A stretch of DNA of 64,000 nucleotides. Source: an uncultured Cytophagia bacterium. GTDB taxonomy: Bacteria; Zhuqueibacterota; Zhuqueibacteria; Oleimicrobiales; Geothermoviventaceae. A model generated the notes under the pieces. It searched no databases. It was not told where the DNA came from and saw nothing but the letters and a program-made list of their open reading frames with translations. Shown here piece after piece: positions 39,957 through 48,089 of the stretch; the first letter of the stretch is position 1; each line of letters begins with the position of its first letter. The stretch is taken from assembly GCA_964644845.1 (NCBI GenBank), contig CAZXXS010000097.1:89664-153663 (forward strand), written 5' to 3'. The position numbers were made by a program, and so were the translations under genes.

Positions 39957-41417
39957 ATGAACCGACGTGAGTTTCTCAGGTTGTCGGCTTTGGGGCTTGG
40001 TGCGCTGGCAGTGCCGGGGTGTGTGGGGGCGAAGAGACGGCGGCCGAATTTTGTGTTTTTCCTTGTCGACGATCTCGGCTGGAAGGACGTAGGATGCTAC
40101 GGGAGCACATTTTACGACACGCCGAACATCGACCGATTGGCGCGTCAAGGGATGCGGTTCACCCAGGCGTACGCGGCCAGCCCGGTGTGTTCGCCAACGC
40201 GAGCCAGCATCATGACCGGCAAAAACCCGGCACGACTGCACATTACCGACTGGATTGGCGCGAAGCGCCACAAGAAAGCGCTACTGAGTGCGGATTACGT
40301 GCACCAGCTGCCGCTGGAAGAGGTGACCATCGCCGAAGCCTTGAAAGAAGCGGGCTACACCACGGGCTTTTTCGGTAAGTGGCACCTGGGCAAGAGACCC
40401 TACTTTCCCGAGAATCAAGGATTTGACGTGAACGTGGGCGGTTGTGAGATTGGCCACCCGGGTTCCTACTTCTGTCCGTACCGCCGAGAGAAGGAACCTT
40501 ATTTTCAAGTGCCGGGTCTGGAGGACTGTACGGAGGGCGAGTACCTGACGGATCGCCTTACGGACGAAGCGCTGAGGTTCATCGAAGCCAATCGTCAGCA
40601 GCCGTTCTTCGTGTACCTGGCGCACTACGCGGTGCACGTGCCCCTTCAGGCGAAGGACCCGGACGTTGAGCACTACAAGGCCAAACTGGCCCAGGTGCCG
40701 CCTGCCTCGGGGCCCGATTTCGAGCGTGAACGGGATGCGTACACCAAACTCAAACAGGACAATCCGACCTACGCGGCGATGATTCACAGCGTGGATCAGA
40801 GTCTTGGCCGCGTTCTGGACAAGCTGGAGGAACTCAATCTGGCCGAAAACACCGTGGTTATTTTCATGTCCGACAACGGAGGACTGAGCACGCTGCTCTG
40901 GAAGTGGGGCGCTACCGCCAATGTGCCGCTGCGGGCGGGAAAAGGCTGGCTGTACGAAGGCGGTATCCGTGAGCCAATGATCATCAAATGGCCTGGCGTG
41001 ACTCATCCTGGCAGCGTTTGCCAGGAGCCGGTCATGAGCACCGACTTCTACCCAACAATCTTGCAAATGGCCGGATTGCCGCTTCGTCCGGAACAGCATC
41101 GGGATGGCCTGAGTCTGGTGCCGCTCTTGCGTGGAGAGCGCCAGCATTTGGACCGCGAGGCTTTACACTGGCATTACCCGCACTACCACGGTTCCGGAAG
41201 CATCCCCAGCAGTGCCATTCGCGTGGGCGACTGGAAGTTGATTGAGTTCTACCAGGAACACAAGGTGGAACTGTACAACTTGAAGAAGGATCTGAGCGAG
41301 CGGCACGACCTGGCACCAGAAATGCCGGACAAGGCTGAGGTCCTGCGCCAAAAGCTCCACCAGTGGCTCCGGTCCGTGGACGCCTGGATGCCGGAAGAGG
41401 TGAGACAAGGAGCGTGA
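39957..41417 (+). CDS. Sulfatase (S1 family, Cys-type motif CSPTR) with Tat signal
   Basis: MNRREFLRLSALGLGALAV; FFLVDDLGWKDVGCYG; CSPTRASIMTGKN; GKWHLG. Close paralog of the 38433 gene. Confidence 0.85.
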   Translation: MNRREFLRLSALGLGALAVPGCVGAKRRRPNFVFFLVDDLGWKDVGCYGSTFYDTPNIDRLARQGMRFTQAYAASPVCSPTRASIMTGKNPARLHITDWIGAKRHKKALLSADYVHQLPLEEVTIAEALKEAGYTTGFFGKWHLGKRPYFPENQGFDVNVGGCEIGHPGSYFCPYRREKEPYFQVPGLEDCTEGEYLTDRLTDEALRFIEANRQQPFFVYLAHYAVHVPLQAKDPDVEHYKAKLAQVPPASGPDFERERDAYTKLKQDNPTYAAMIHSVDQSLGRVLDKLEELNLAENTVVIFMSDNGGLSTLLWKWGATANVPLRAGKGWLYEGGIREPMIIKWPGVTHPGSVCQEPVMSTDFYPTILQMAGLPLRPEQHRDGLSLVPLLRGERQHLDREALHWHYPHYHGSGSIPSSAIRVGDWKLIEFYQEHKVELYNLKKDLSERHDLAPEMPDKAEVLRQKLHQWLRSVDAWMPEEVRQGA

Positions 41418-42783
41418 GCCGAAAGTCTCGAGCAGAGCGGAGCTGGCCAAGCCTGAAGAAGCTGGTCTCCTAAGCTTTGGGTTTGGGGTTGAAGAGGTTC
41501 AGACGTACGGGCCTGCAGATCTTTGTGGAATCCCAGGTCCGGTGGAAGCCGAACCTCCGGGTGAAGAGCCAGGAGGCTCTTGAAGTCGCGACGTTGTTAA
41601 GCGGTTTTGTCTCTGATTTTGACGTGCGTTCCTGTACACCAAGGCGTGCGGTAATTTGCAAAAAGGGGTGTCACCCGTAGAACGGGGTGATGCCAGTGAG
41701 CAGGCGGATCCTGCTTCTGAACGGTGGAGCAGCACCCAGACAAAGAAGGGCTTGGCTCTCTTCCGGTGGAGGGAGACAACCCGGACCATGGATGACCCGG
41801 TTTGTTCTCTCAGGCGGAATCCGGAAAATGGGTTGGCACCCCCAGGAGCGGTCAGACCTGGCGTCGCTTCTAACAGGGAAGGACATCAAGAGTCCGATCA
41901 AGAGGTTGACGCAAGAGTGGAGAACCCAGGAATCAAGTTGCGGCGGATTTGGAATTTGCGGAAAACGTCGAGGGAAGCCGACGCCTTCTGGACAGAAGGC
42001 CCGTGAAGCACAAGATCCTTCAGGGGTGAATCTCCAACAGCTTCCCGCTTTTCGTGGAAACGGCAACGTCCTGGTGGGGGCAAACTCCCTCGATTTTCGC
42101 GTGCACTGACGAGCAGTGGTTGAGAAGTGTGTGCAAGAACAAGGTCCTTTCCCCTTTCGGCCGGATACGCCGCCAGAGTCTCGAAAGCGCGTCTCTTTGA
42201 AGCGGTCAGAATCTCAAGCCGACCCCTTCGTTGGCCGATGTGGCGCCCAGGTTGACGCCTCCACTGTCTGCTGGGATCTTTCGTCCTTCAGTTCGAAGCA
42301 GCGTGCGTCGACCTGGTGGTCGTAGCAGGTCTTCTTGGCGTGTTCGTTCCTTCGGTTGGGCAAGCTTTGATCGCCCCGACGGTTGCGGCGGCAACCGGGG
42401 TGACAACTCTCGGAGGAAATGTAGACCTTGCCGTTGAAGCGGTGACTTCCGGGTTTCCTCTTGTGAGGTCGGCATTTGTGGTGATTTCTCTTGCCGCCAC
42501 AAAGTGTCGAAGTGCTGTGGAAGACGAAATTGGCTGAGCCGGCTCGCTGCTCACGCCAGGTTCCGTTGGCGCACGCCTTCAGCCCTGCTACAGAGCATCT
42601 GGTGGTGGCGCTAACCTCGCTGGCAAGGACCCGTCCGGCTGGATGGCGCTGTGCGGCGCACAAGGCGGCGTAGCCCCCCACGTCAACACCTCTCGAGGCT
42701 TGCCAGCGGCTCTCCCCGCGGTGTGTACCTTCTCGCTCGCCGATTGTTAGCGACGGAAAACCTGGGGTCTCCCCGCTGGTTGC

Positions 42784-43572
42784 TCAGAAATGTGCCGTCA
42801 CACGCAGGCGTGGGTAGGGCAGCACTTGTGCGTACCAGTTCCACCCGCGCCGACTGGTTATCTGGTTTTCTCGCCGGCGCGACACCCACAGCGCGTGGAG
42901 CCCGCTGATCAGGTGATTGGCGAGCACACCACCGAGCATCAACTCGGCGCGGTTGTAGTACCGGTCACTCGTAACGCGCAGCTGCTCGTAGAACTGCCGA
43001 TTCTCGGGGCTGTCCCACTGCCAGGCGTAGGCCTGTTTGTCACGGTAGTAGTCGCGCAGATTTCGAGCGCGGAGTTTCGCCTGATTGTAGTCGTTCAGGC
43101 TGTTGTAATTGCCGATGTTTACGTAGAAATCTTTGTCTTTGCCCGCTGGATCAATGCCTGCGTGGACGCGGGCGTACAGCCGGTAGTCGTCCTCCTTCCA
43201 CTGGCCGGCCGCGTGAAAAGACCCTGCTGCGACCCAGAATGCTACTTCGGCGGCAAAAAAGGCCGCTGCGCTTTTCCGACTTCCCTGTACGTACTGTCCG
43301 AGCCCTGGAACCAAGAAAGAAAACAAAAGCGCCCGACCGGGTGGAACGGGCCGCAAACCGTTGCCGTGCTCTGGAGAAGCGCCGGGTTCGAATGCTCCCT
43401 GCTGGGGCGTCTCAAGAGCAAGGGACTCCAGTGTGAACAGGCCCTTTCCACTGCTTTGAAGAATTGACGTTGCGGACTGACCCCGGGCTGTGATGCCGGT
43501 TGCAAGCAACAAAAGCAACAAGAAAACCGGGGTAAGGCCAACGCTGCTCCACCATTTTGCTCTACCAGTCAA
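42784..43572 (-). CDS. DUF5683-like secreted/membrane-associated protein (paralog b)
   Basis: Signal peptide. Conserved hydrophobic PGxGQ segment (FSFLVPGLGQYVQGSRKSAAAFFAAEVAFWV). Start overlaps the 3' end of the upstream paralog by 11 nt. Confidence 0.5.
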   Translation of the reverse strand: MTGRAKWWSSVGLTPVFLLLLLLATGITARGQSATSILQSSGKGLFTLESLALETPQQGAFEPGASPEHGNGLRPVPPGRALLFSFLVPGLGQYVQGSRKSAAAFFAAEVAFWVAAGSFHAAGQWKEDDYRLYARVHAGIDPAGKDKDFYVNIGNYNSLNDYNQAKLRARNLRDYYRDKQAYAWQWDSPENRQFYEQLRVTSDRYYNRAELMLGGVLANHLISGLHALWVSRRRENQITSRRGWNWYAQVLPYPRLRVTAHF

Positions 43573-44356
43573 CCTGTACTCCCATCATTGGTACAAGTTC
43601 ATTGTTGTAAACCAAACCGCTGGCTCGTAGTGACGTTGTGGCCAGCTTGTTGTTGTGGTACACCGTGGTCCACGCTGCGTCAATCGCACTCAGGACGTGG
43701 TTGATCATCACGATTGTGACGCCGGTGGTCGCTTTCTTGTAAAAGCTGTTTGCTTCAGCCCGCATGTCCTCGTACTGGAGGCGATGTTTGGAATCGCGAC
43801 CCCGATGAGTGTCGGTGTCGTCCCAGCCAGCGTTGAACTGGTCGTACTTGCCGATCATCTCGTAGTACTGCTGGTCTTTTTCCCGGTGCAGGCTGTGACT
43901 GAAATGTTGCGCTTCGTACTCACGTAGCGCTTCGATGTCATTCGGGTCCAGCCCGGCCTCGCGCGCAACGGCTTCCCAGTACTCCTGCTCGCTCCAGTGT
44001 GCGTCGGCGAAGGCCTCGAATTCGTCTGTTTTGTCGTCGCCTTTCTTCGTGTTTGTGAAGTACATCACGAAACCGGCTACCTCGGCTCCCAGGAAAATCG
44101 GGGTTTTCCACTTGCTGCCAGCGTAGAATTCTCCTGCTCCCGGTACCACAGCCGACAGCAACAGAGCTTTTCGGGGAGATTTCCATCCTTCGGGACGAAC
44201 AATCGTGCTCTCTGCCGGAGTGGCACTTTCTGTGTCCTGCCCGTTCCAGAACGCAAGCCAGGCACCGGAGCCCGTTGTTGCGATCCCGGTGGTTTGGGCT
44301 TGCAGCGCTGCGACCATCGCAAAGGTTGCAACGAACAACGCAACAATCCTCTTCAT
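43562..44356 (-). CDS. DUF5683-like secreted/membrane-associated protein (paralog a)
   Basis: Signal peptide and the same architecture (LLSAVVPGAGEFYAGSKWKTPIFLGAEVAGFVMY). SD gggagggag. The stop of the upstream 1023-aa gene lies within this SD. Confidence 0.5.
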   Translation of the reverse strand: MKRIVALFVATFAMVAALQAQTTGIATTGSGAWLAFWNGQDTESATPAESTIVRPEGWKSPRKALLLSAVVPGAGEFYAGSKWKTPIFLGAEVAGFVMYFTNTKKGDDKTDEFEAFADAHWSEQEYWEAVAREAGLDPNDIEALREYEAQHFSHSLHREKDQQYYEMIGKYDQFNAGWDDTDTHRGRDSKHRLQYEDMRAEANSFYKKATTGVTIVMINHVLSAIDAAWTTVYHNNKLATTSLRASGLVYNNELVPMMGVQVDW

Positions 44357-44371
44357 TCTTACTCCCTCCCG

Positions 44372-47300
44372 TCAATCGTCCATGAAGTCGAACGCCATGC
44401 CAAAGTAGAAGCGAAACTCTTTGCCGTACGTTTGGCCCATGTGTTCAAATCGATCGAAGCCGTAGGCAACGTCAAAGAAAATCATGGTTGGGTAAGCGTA
44501 GAAACTAAATGCCTGGAGGCGAAGCTGAAGTCCGGCATCTTTTCGGAGCAGGCGCCAGTCGAACCTGTCCTGATTAAACGCGTTGCCTGCTTCGGCGAAA
44601 ATCCCCGCGTAGAGCTTCTGAAGCTGAATGATGCCCAGCGACAGGTTCATCTGGGTCCACAGAGGTAGTCTGTAGGTCAGGCTGGTTTGCACCAACTTGC
44701 GCCCTTCGATGCTGTAGTAAGGGTAACCTTTCAGCCCGGGTAGCCCTCCCGCAAAAAAGTTGAAAAACGAATGCACGGGACGATCGATCCAGCCGCCACG
44801 GAAGCGCAACGCCAGCGAATGTCGATGGATTGGTAAACTGCGGTACTCGTGCCAGTCCAGTTCTGTGGCGTAGTAGGCGTAGCGGTTGTACTTCGTCACT
44901 ACGGTGCCGTACGCGTTGTCTGTGGAAAAATCGCGGAAGAAGAAATTCCAGTAGCGGTGAAACCGCAAGCTGACGTAGCGTCCGGCGCGCGGGGCAATGC
45001 TGAAGTCGAGCGTGCGCGCAACCCGATCGATGCTCACGGTTAGGGCGAGGTCGCTACCTTTGAAGTAGGTGTTACGGGGTGACTTCCACTGGATGTTCTG
45101 AAAAACGAAATCGCCGATCTGGCTGGTGTAGCGACTGTAGGCGTACGAGAGCTGCGTTCTTACGGCGTCGCTTACGCGGTAACGGAGTCCCAGATCGGCT
45201 TCGAGCATGTTGAATCGAATGCGCGTTGTCACCTTCGGGTAACCTTCCAGGACCTCGATGGGTTCGTCCAGATGCCTCGAAAAGCCGTAGAGCTCCAGAA
45301 AAATCGTTGGTGCAAACCTACGGTACTCGAAAATCGCGAACAGGTCGTAGTCGAGGTCTTTGTTGAAAGAAGCACCCCCGAGGACGGAGTAACGCTCGAG
45401 CATCTCGGAGGAGTAAAAATAAGTACCAATCTTCGGTTCCCCGTAGTCGACGGCAAACCGTGGCAGGAGGGCAACCTGCCCGTACTCCGGTGTGTAAGGT
45501 CTAGCAGCCGTGGTAACTGGCCCAGCTCCGTCGCCGCCAGGTGCTACGGTCGGTTCCGGTTCCAGCCAGTTTTCGCGGAGACCGTAAGCTAAGAGCCCCT
45601 TGGACACGGGACGAGAGTCCTCGAGTAGAGCCAGTTTGAAACCCGAGGCTCGAAAATCCGAGTAGACAAGATTTCCTTCAGGATCCACGCTGGGCGAAAA
45701 GGCTCCTCCCAGCACGTTGGTCACCGGTTTGGGCGCCCCTCCGGCTGTTGGCATTCGGTAGACGTTGAAAATGCCGCTGCCGTCCCAGGCAAAATAAAGG
45801 TGGGAACCGTCTGGACTGTAGCTTGGGTCGCGGGCGTCTCCAGAGGGAGCAAACAGAGTGTCAAGTTTGCCGCCTTGTGGGTCAACTGCGGCGAGTAAGC
45901 GTCCGTGCGATTTTCCAAGAGCGAAGACGATTTGCGAGCCATCCGGACTCCAGCGGGGCGTGTAGACGGTTTCCCCGTTGCGGAAGTTCGTCAGTCTGCG
46001 GACAGTCGTCCCGTCGCTGCTGACGAGGGCCAGATTCTGGGTTCCGTCGTGTTGAACGACACAGACGATTTGTTTCCCGTCTGGGCTGACGTCGGGCGCG
46101 TAGGCACGCAAACCGTGTGTCAGGCGTTTCGTTTTCTTGCTTTTCACATCCACGCGGTACAGATCGAAGTAGTGAGACCCGTAGCGGTTCACACGCGTCA
46201 GTTTCGCGTAAACGAGTGACTTGCCATCCGGCGTCCAGGATGCCGGGCTGACGACACCCGGGACCAGCACTTTGGTTTCCTTCGTTCGCACGTCGTAAAC
46301 ACACAGACTACTGGCAGAGAAGTAACCCGCGCCTCGACTGCTGGTGAAGGCAATTTTCCGCCCGTCCGGTGAAAACCTGGGGTGCAAATTCGCAATCCCC
46401 TTTCCGTAAATGATCTGCCCTTCTACGGTGTTCTGCCGGAGGTTCCGCAGAGCGACGCTGTACGTTTCGGCGAGGAAGCTTGCCCATTCTTCGTACAGCT
46501 GTTCAGCGCTCTTGTGCAGCACTTTCCGAACGGCCCCGTCAAACGTCAGACGGAACGGTGAGCGCATGGCACGTGCCAATCTGGCCACCGTTGCTTCCCC
46601 GTAGCGCCTGGAAAGGTACAGCGTGAGGGCGAACCCCTGGTTGTAGACCCGTTCGTTGCCGAGTGAATTCTTGCCGAAGACGTTCATTTCCTGGTAGGAG
46701 AGGAGGCTGTCGGCAAGCACGGCAGTGCGTAAAAGCATGTCGCGGTGGGTGTCCCAGAAGTCGTGGTTCAAGCCGGCGCGCTGGTACTGGGCCATCCCCT
46801 CAGCGAACCACATTGGTACGACGGTGCCCGCAAACGGGTACGACACGATCACATTTGGGTAACCGTAGATCACGTCCGGTCGGCGCTCTTTCTCGTAACC
46901 GATCCACTGGAAGTAGAAAGCTGGGAGGCGACGGCTGAATTTGCGCGCTGCGCCCAGCGAAACAATGTGCGAGAACTCGTGTGTGACGACGTTAGCAATC
47001 CAGTCGTGTGTCCCCCGGAGTTCGAAGTCCAGGGCAGGTGCCCAGATCTCCACCTTCTGATCGTAGTAGTAGGCCGCGCCGTTGGAGTTGTCATCGTGGT
47101 CGCGAATGATGAAGTGCACTTTGCCGTCGGGCTCGTACTGGTAGAGACTCGTGATGGGTTCGTAAACTTCTTCGAGGACACGTGCAACTTCGCGCGCCGT
47201 GCGCTCAGTGCCGTCGTGAAAATGCACCTCACAGTGCTCGGTGGAAATGGTGTACCAGTGCAGTTCCGGGTGGTTGTAACCTTCCCACTGTCCGTACGCT

Positions 47301-47443
47301 CGTTGTGCCGCAGAAACAAAAGCAAGGGCTGCAAAAATGAGTACCGTTCTGGGGAGAACGCGCAACGTGTAACCTCCCTGGTATGTGCGCTTGTGTGTGA
47401 TCAGCGACCCCTGGGGAGTCTTCCGTGAGTTTTTCCAGAACAA
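44372..47443 (-). CDS. Large secreted protein: N-terminal peptidase-MA-like (HExxH...EGxAxY) domain, central TolB/PD40-like beta-propeller, C-terminal beta-rich region
   Basis: Signal peptide. HEFSHIV...PMWFAEGMAQYQ is a gluzincin MA_2-type signature. Repeated PD40/WD40-like blades (FSPDGRKIAFTS, WTPDGKSLVYAKL, APDVSPDGKQIVCV, WSPDGSQIVFAL, PSYSPDGSHLYFAW). Confidence 0.6.
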   Translation of the reverse strand: MFWKNSRKTPQGSLITHKRTYQGGYTLRVLPRTVLIFAALAFVSAAQRAYGQWEGYNHPELHWYTISTEHCEVHFHDGTERTAREVARVLEEVYEPITSLYQYEPDGKVHFIIRDHDDNSNGAAYYYDQKVEIWAPALDFELRGTHDWIANVVTHEFSHIVSLGAARKFSRRLPAFYFQWIGYEKERRPDVIYGYPNVIVSYPFAGTVVPMWFAEGMAQYQRAGLNHDFWDTHRDMLLRTAVLADSLLSYQEMNVFGKNSLGNERVYNQGFALTLYLSRRYGEATVARLARAMRSPFRLTFDGAVRKVLHKSAEQLYEEWASFLAETYSVALRNLRQNTVEGQIIYGKGIANLHPRFSPDGRKIAFTSSRGAGYFSASSLCVYDVRTKETKVLVPGVVSPASWTPDGKSLVYAKLTRVNRYGSHYFDLYRVDVKSKKTKRLTHGLRAYAPDVSPDGKQIVCVVQHDGTQNLALVSSDGTTVRRLTNFRNGETVYTPRWSPDGSQIVFALGKSHGRLLAAVDPQGGKLDTLFAPSGDARDPSYSPDGSHLYFAWDGSGIFNVYRMPTAGGAPKPVTNVLGGAFSPSVDPEGNLVYSDFRASGFKLALLEDSRPVSKGLLAYGLRENWLEPEPTVAPGGDGAGPVTTAARPYTPEYGQVALLPRFAVDYGEPKIGTYFYSSEMLERYSVLGGASFNKDLDYDLFAIFEYRRFAPTIFLELYGFSRHLDEPIEVLEGYPKVTTRIRFNMLEADLGLRYRVSDAVRTQLSYAYSRYTSQIGDFVFQNIQWKSPRNTYFKGSDLALTVSIDRVARTLDFSIAPRAGRYVSLRFHRYWNFFFRDFSTDNAYGTVVTKYNRYAYYATELDWHEYRSLPIHRHSLALRFRGGWIDRPVHSFFNFFAGGLPGLKGYPYYSIEGRKLVQTSLTYRLPLWTQMNLSLGIIQLQKLYAGIFAEAGNAFNQDRFDWRLLRKDAGLQLRLQAFSFYAYPTMIFFDVAYGFDRFEHMGQTYGKEFRFYFGMAFDFMDD

Positions 47444-47470
47444 CCGTTCCCCCGGACCGTTTGCCCAAAG

Positions 47471-47677
47471 TCACGGATCCCGGGTTTTCTTGCGAAAAGC
47501 CATCGCTTCGTTGTTCAGATGTTCAACGCTCTTGTTTTGCCAGAGGGATCTGCGCCATTCAGTGTAGTCAAAAGAATCCCTTTGCAGCAGGGAAACAAAC
47601 CTCTCGGTTTCGGTCAAACCGAGCTCACGAAGAAGGATTTCCAGGGCTTTGGTTTTTAATTCTGTATCAGTTAGCAT
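47471..47677 (-). CDS. Small hypothetical protein (69 aa, predicted alpha-helical) in a locally AT-richer pocket
   Basis: ATG with SD gggaga at 5-nt spacing. Ends 27 nt before the start of the 1023-aa gene. Local GC is clearly lower than surroundings. No family recognised. Confidence 0.4.
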   Translation of the reverse strand: MLTDTELKTKALEILLRELGLTETERFVSLLQRDSFDYTEWRRSLWQNKSVEHLNNEAMAFRKKTRDP

Positions 47678-47689
47678 GACCATCTCCCT

Positions 47690-47717
47690 GCAAGGAACGC
47701 TGACTTTCGTTCCTTGC
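47690..47717. promoter_or_regulatory. Perfect 10-bp-stem hairpin (gcaaggaacg-ctgacttt-cgttccttgc) immediately 5' of the SD of the small ORF
   Basis: Seen directly. On the plus strand it is followed by cattttgagcgttttcg. On the minus-strand transcript it abuts the SD. Confidence 0.45.
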
Positions 47718-48089
47718 AAGGCATTTTGAGCGTTTTCGAATTCCAAAATGTGAGACCAAACCAGCTCCACGAAACCGTCCTGGATTCTCAACTGAACGTA
47801 CAATTTGGCTTCCGTTTCGAGACGAAGGCGAAACCGAGGCCTGTGTATCGAAAGGCCTGTTGAAAACGCGGTTGTCAAGATAGAGTCTCAATTTTCCCTC
47901 GACGGCTCTCGTGTGTTGCAGCACGTTCCGTACCGCCTGTTCACCTGCTGCGACCGGATCTCTCCGGGTTAGCAAATGCGAAGCGCAACGGATTGGCCGT
48001 TTCTGCCTTAGCTGCTTGGGCTGCGACCGTGTGCACCCTTCGCAGCCGGTCTCTTTTTCCCTCTCCTTCGCCCAAGGTGCGCCGGCTTG

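Noticed and set aside
41534-41585. Possible SRP RNA (domain IV-like caggtccgg...gaag) or RNase P/tmRNA in the long intergenic gaps
   Set aside because: Conserved blocks of RNase P (GGAAAGTCCGG, ACAGAACCCGG), tmRNA (5' GGGGCTGATTCTGGATTCGAC, 3' GGTTCGACTCCCGCC...ACCA) and the 4.5S GGAA tetraloop helix could not be matched on either strand. This is left as unverified and needs a cmscan.
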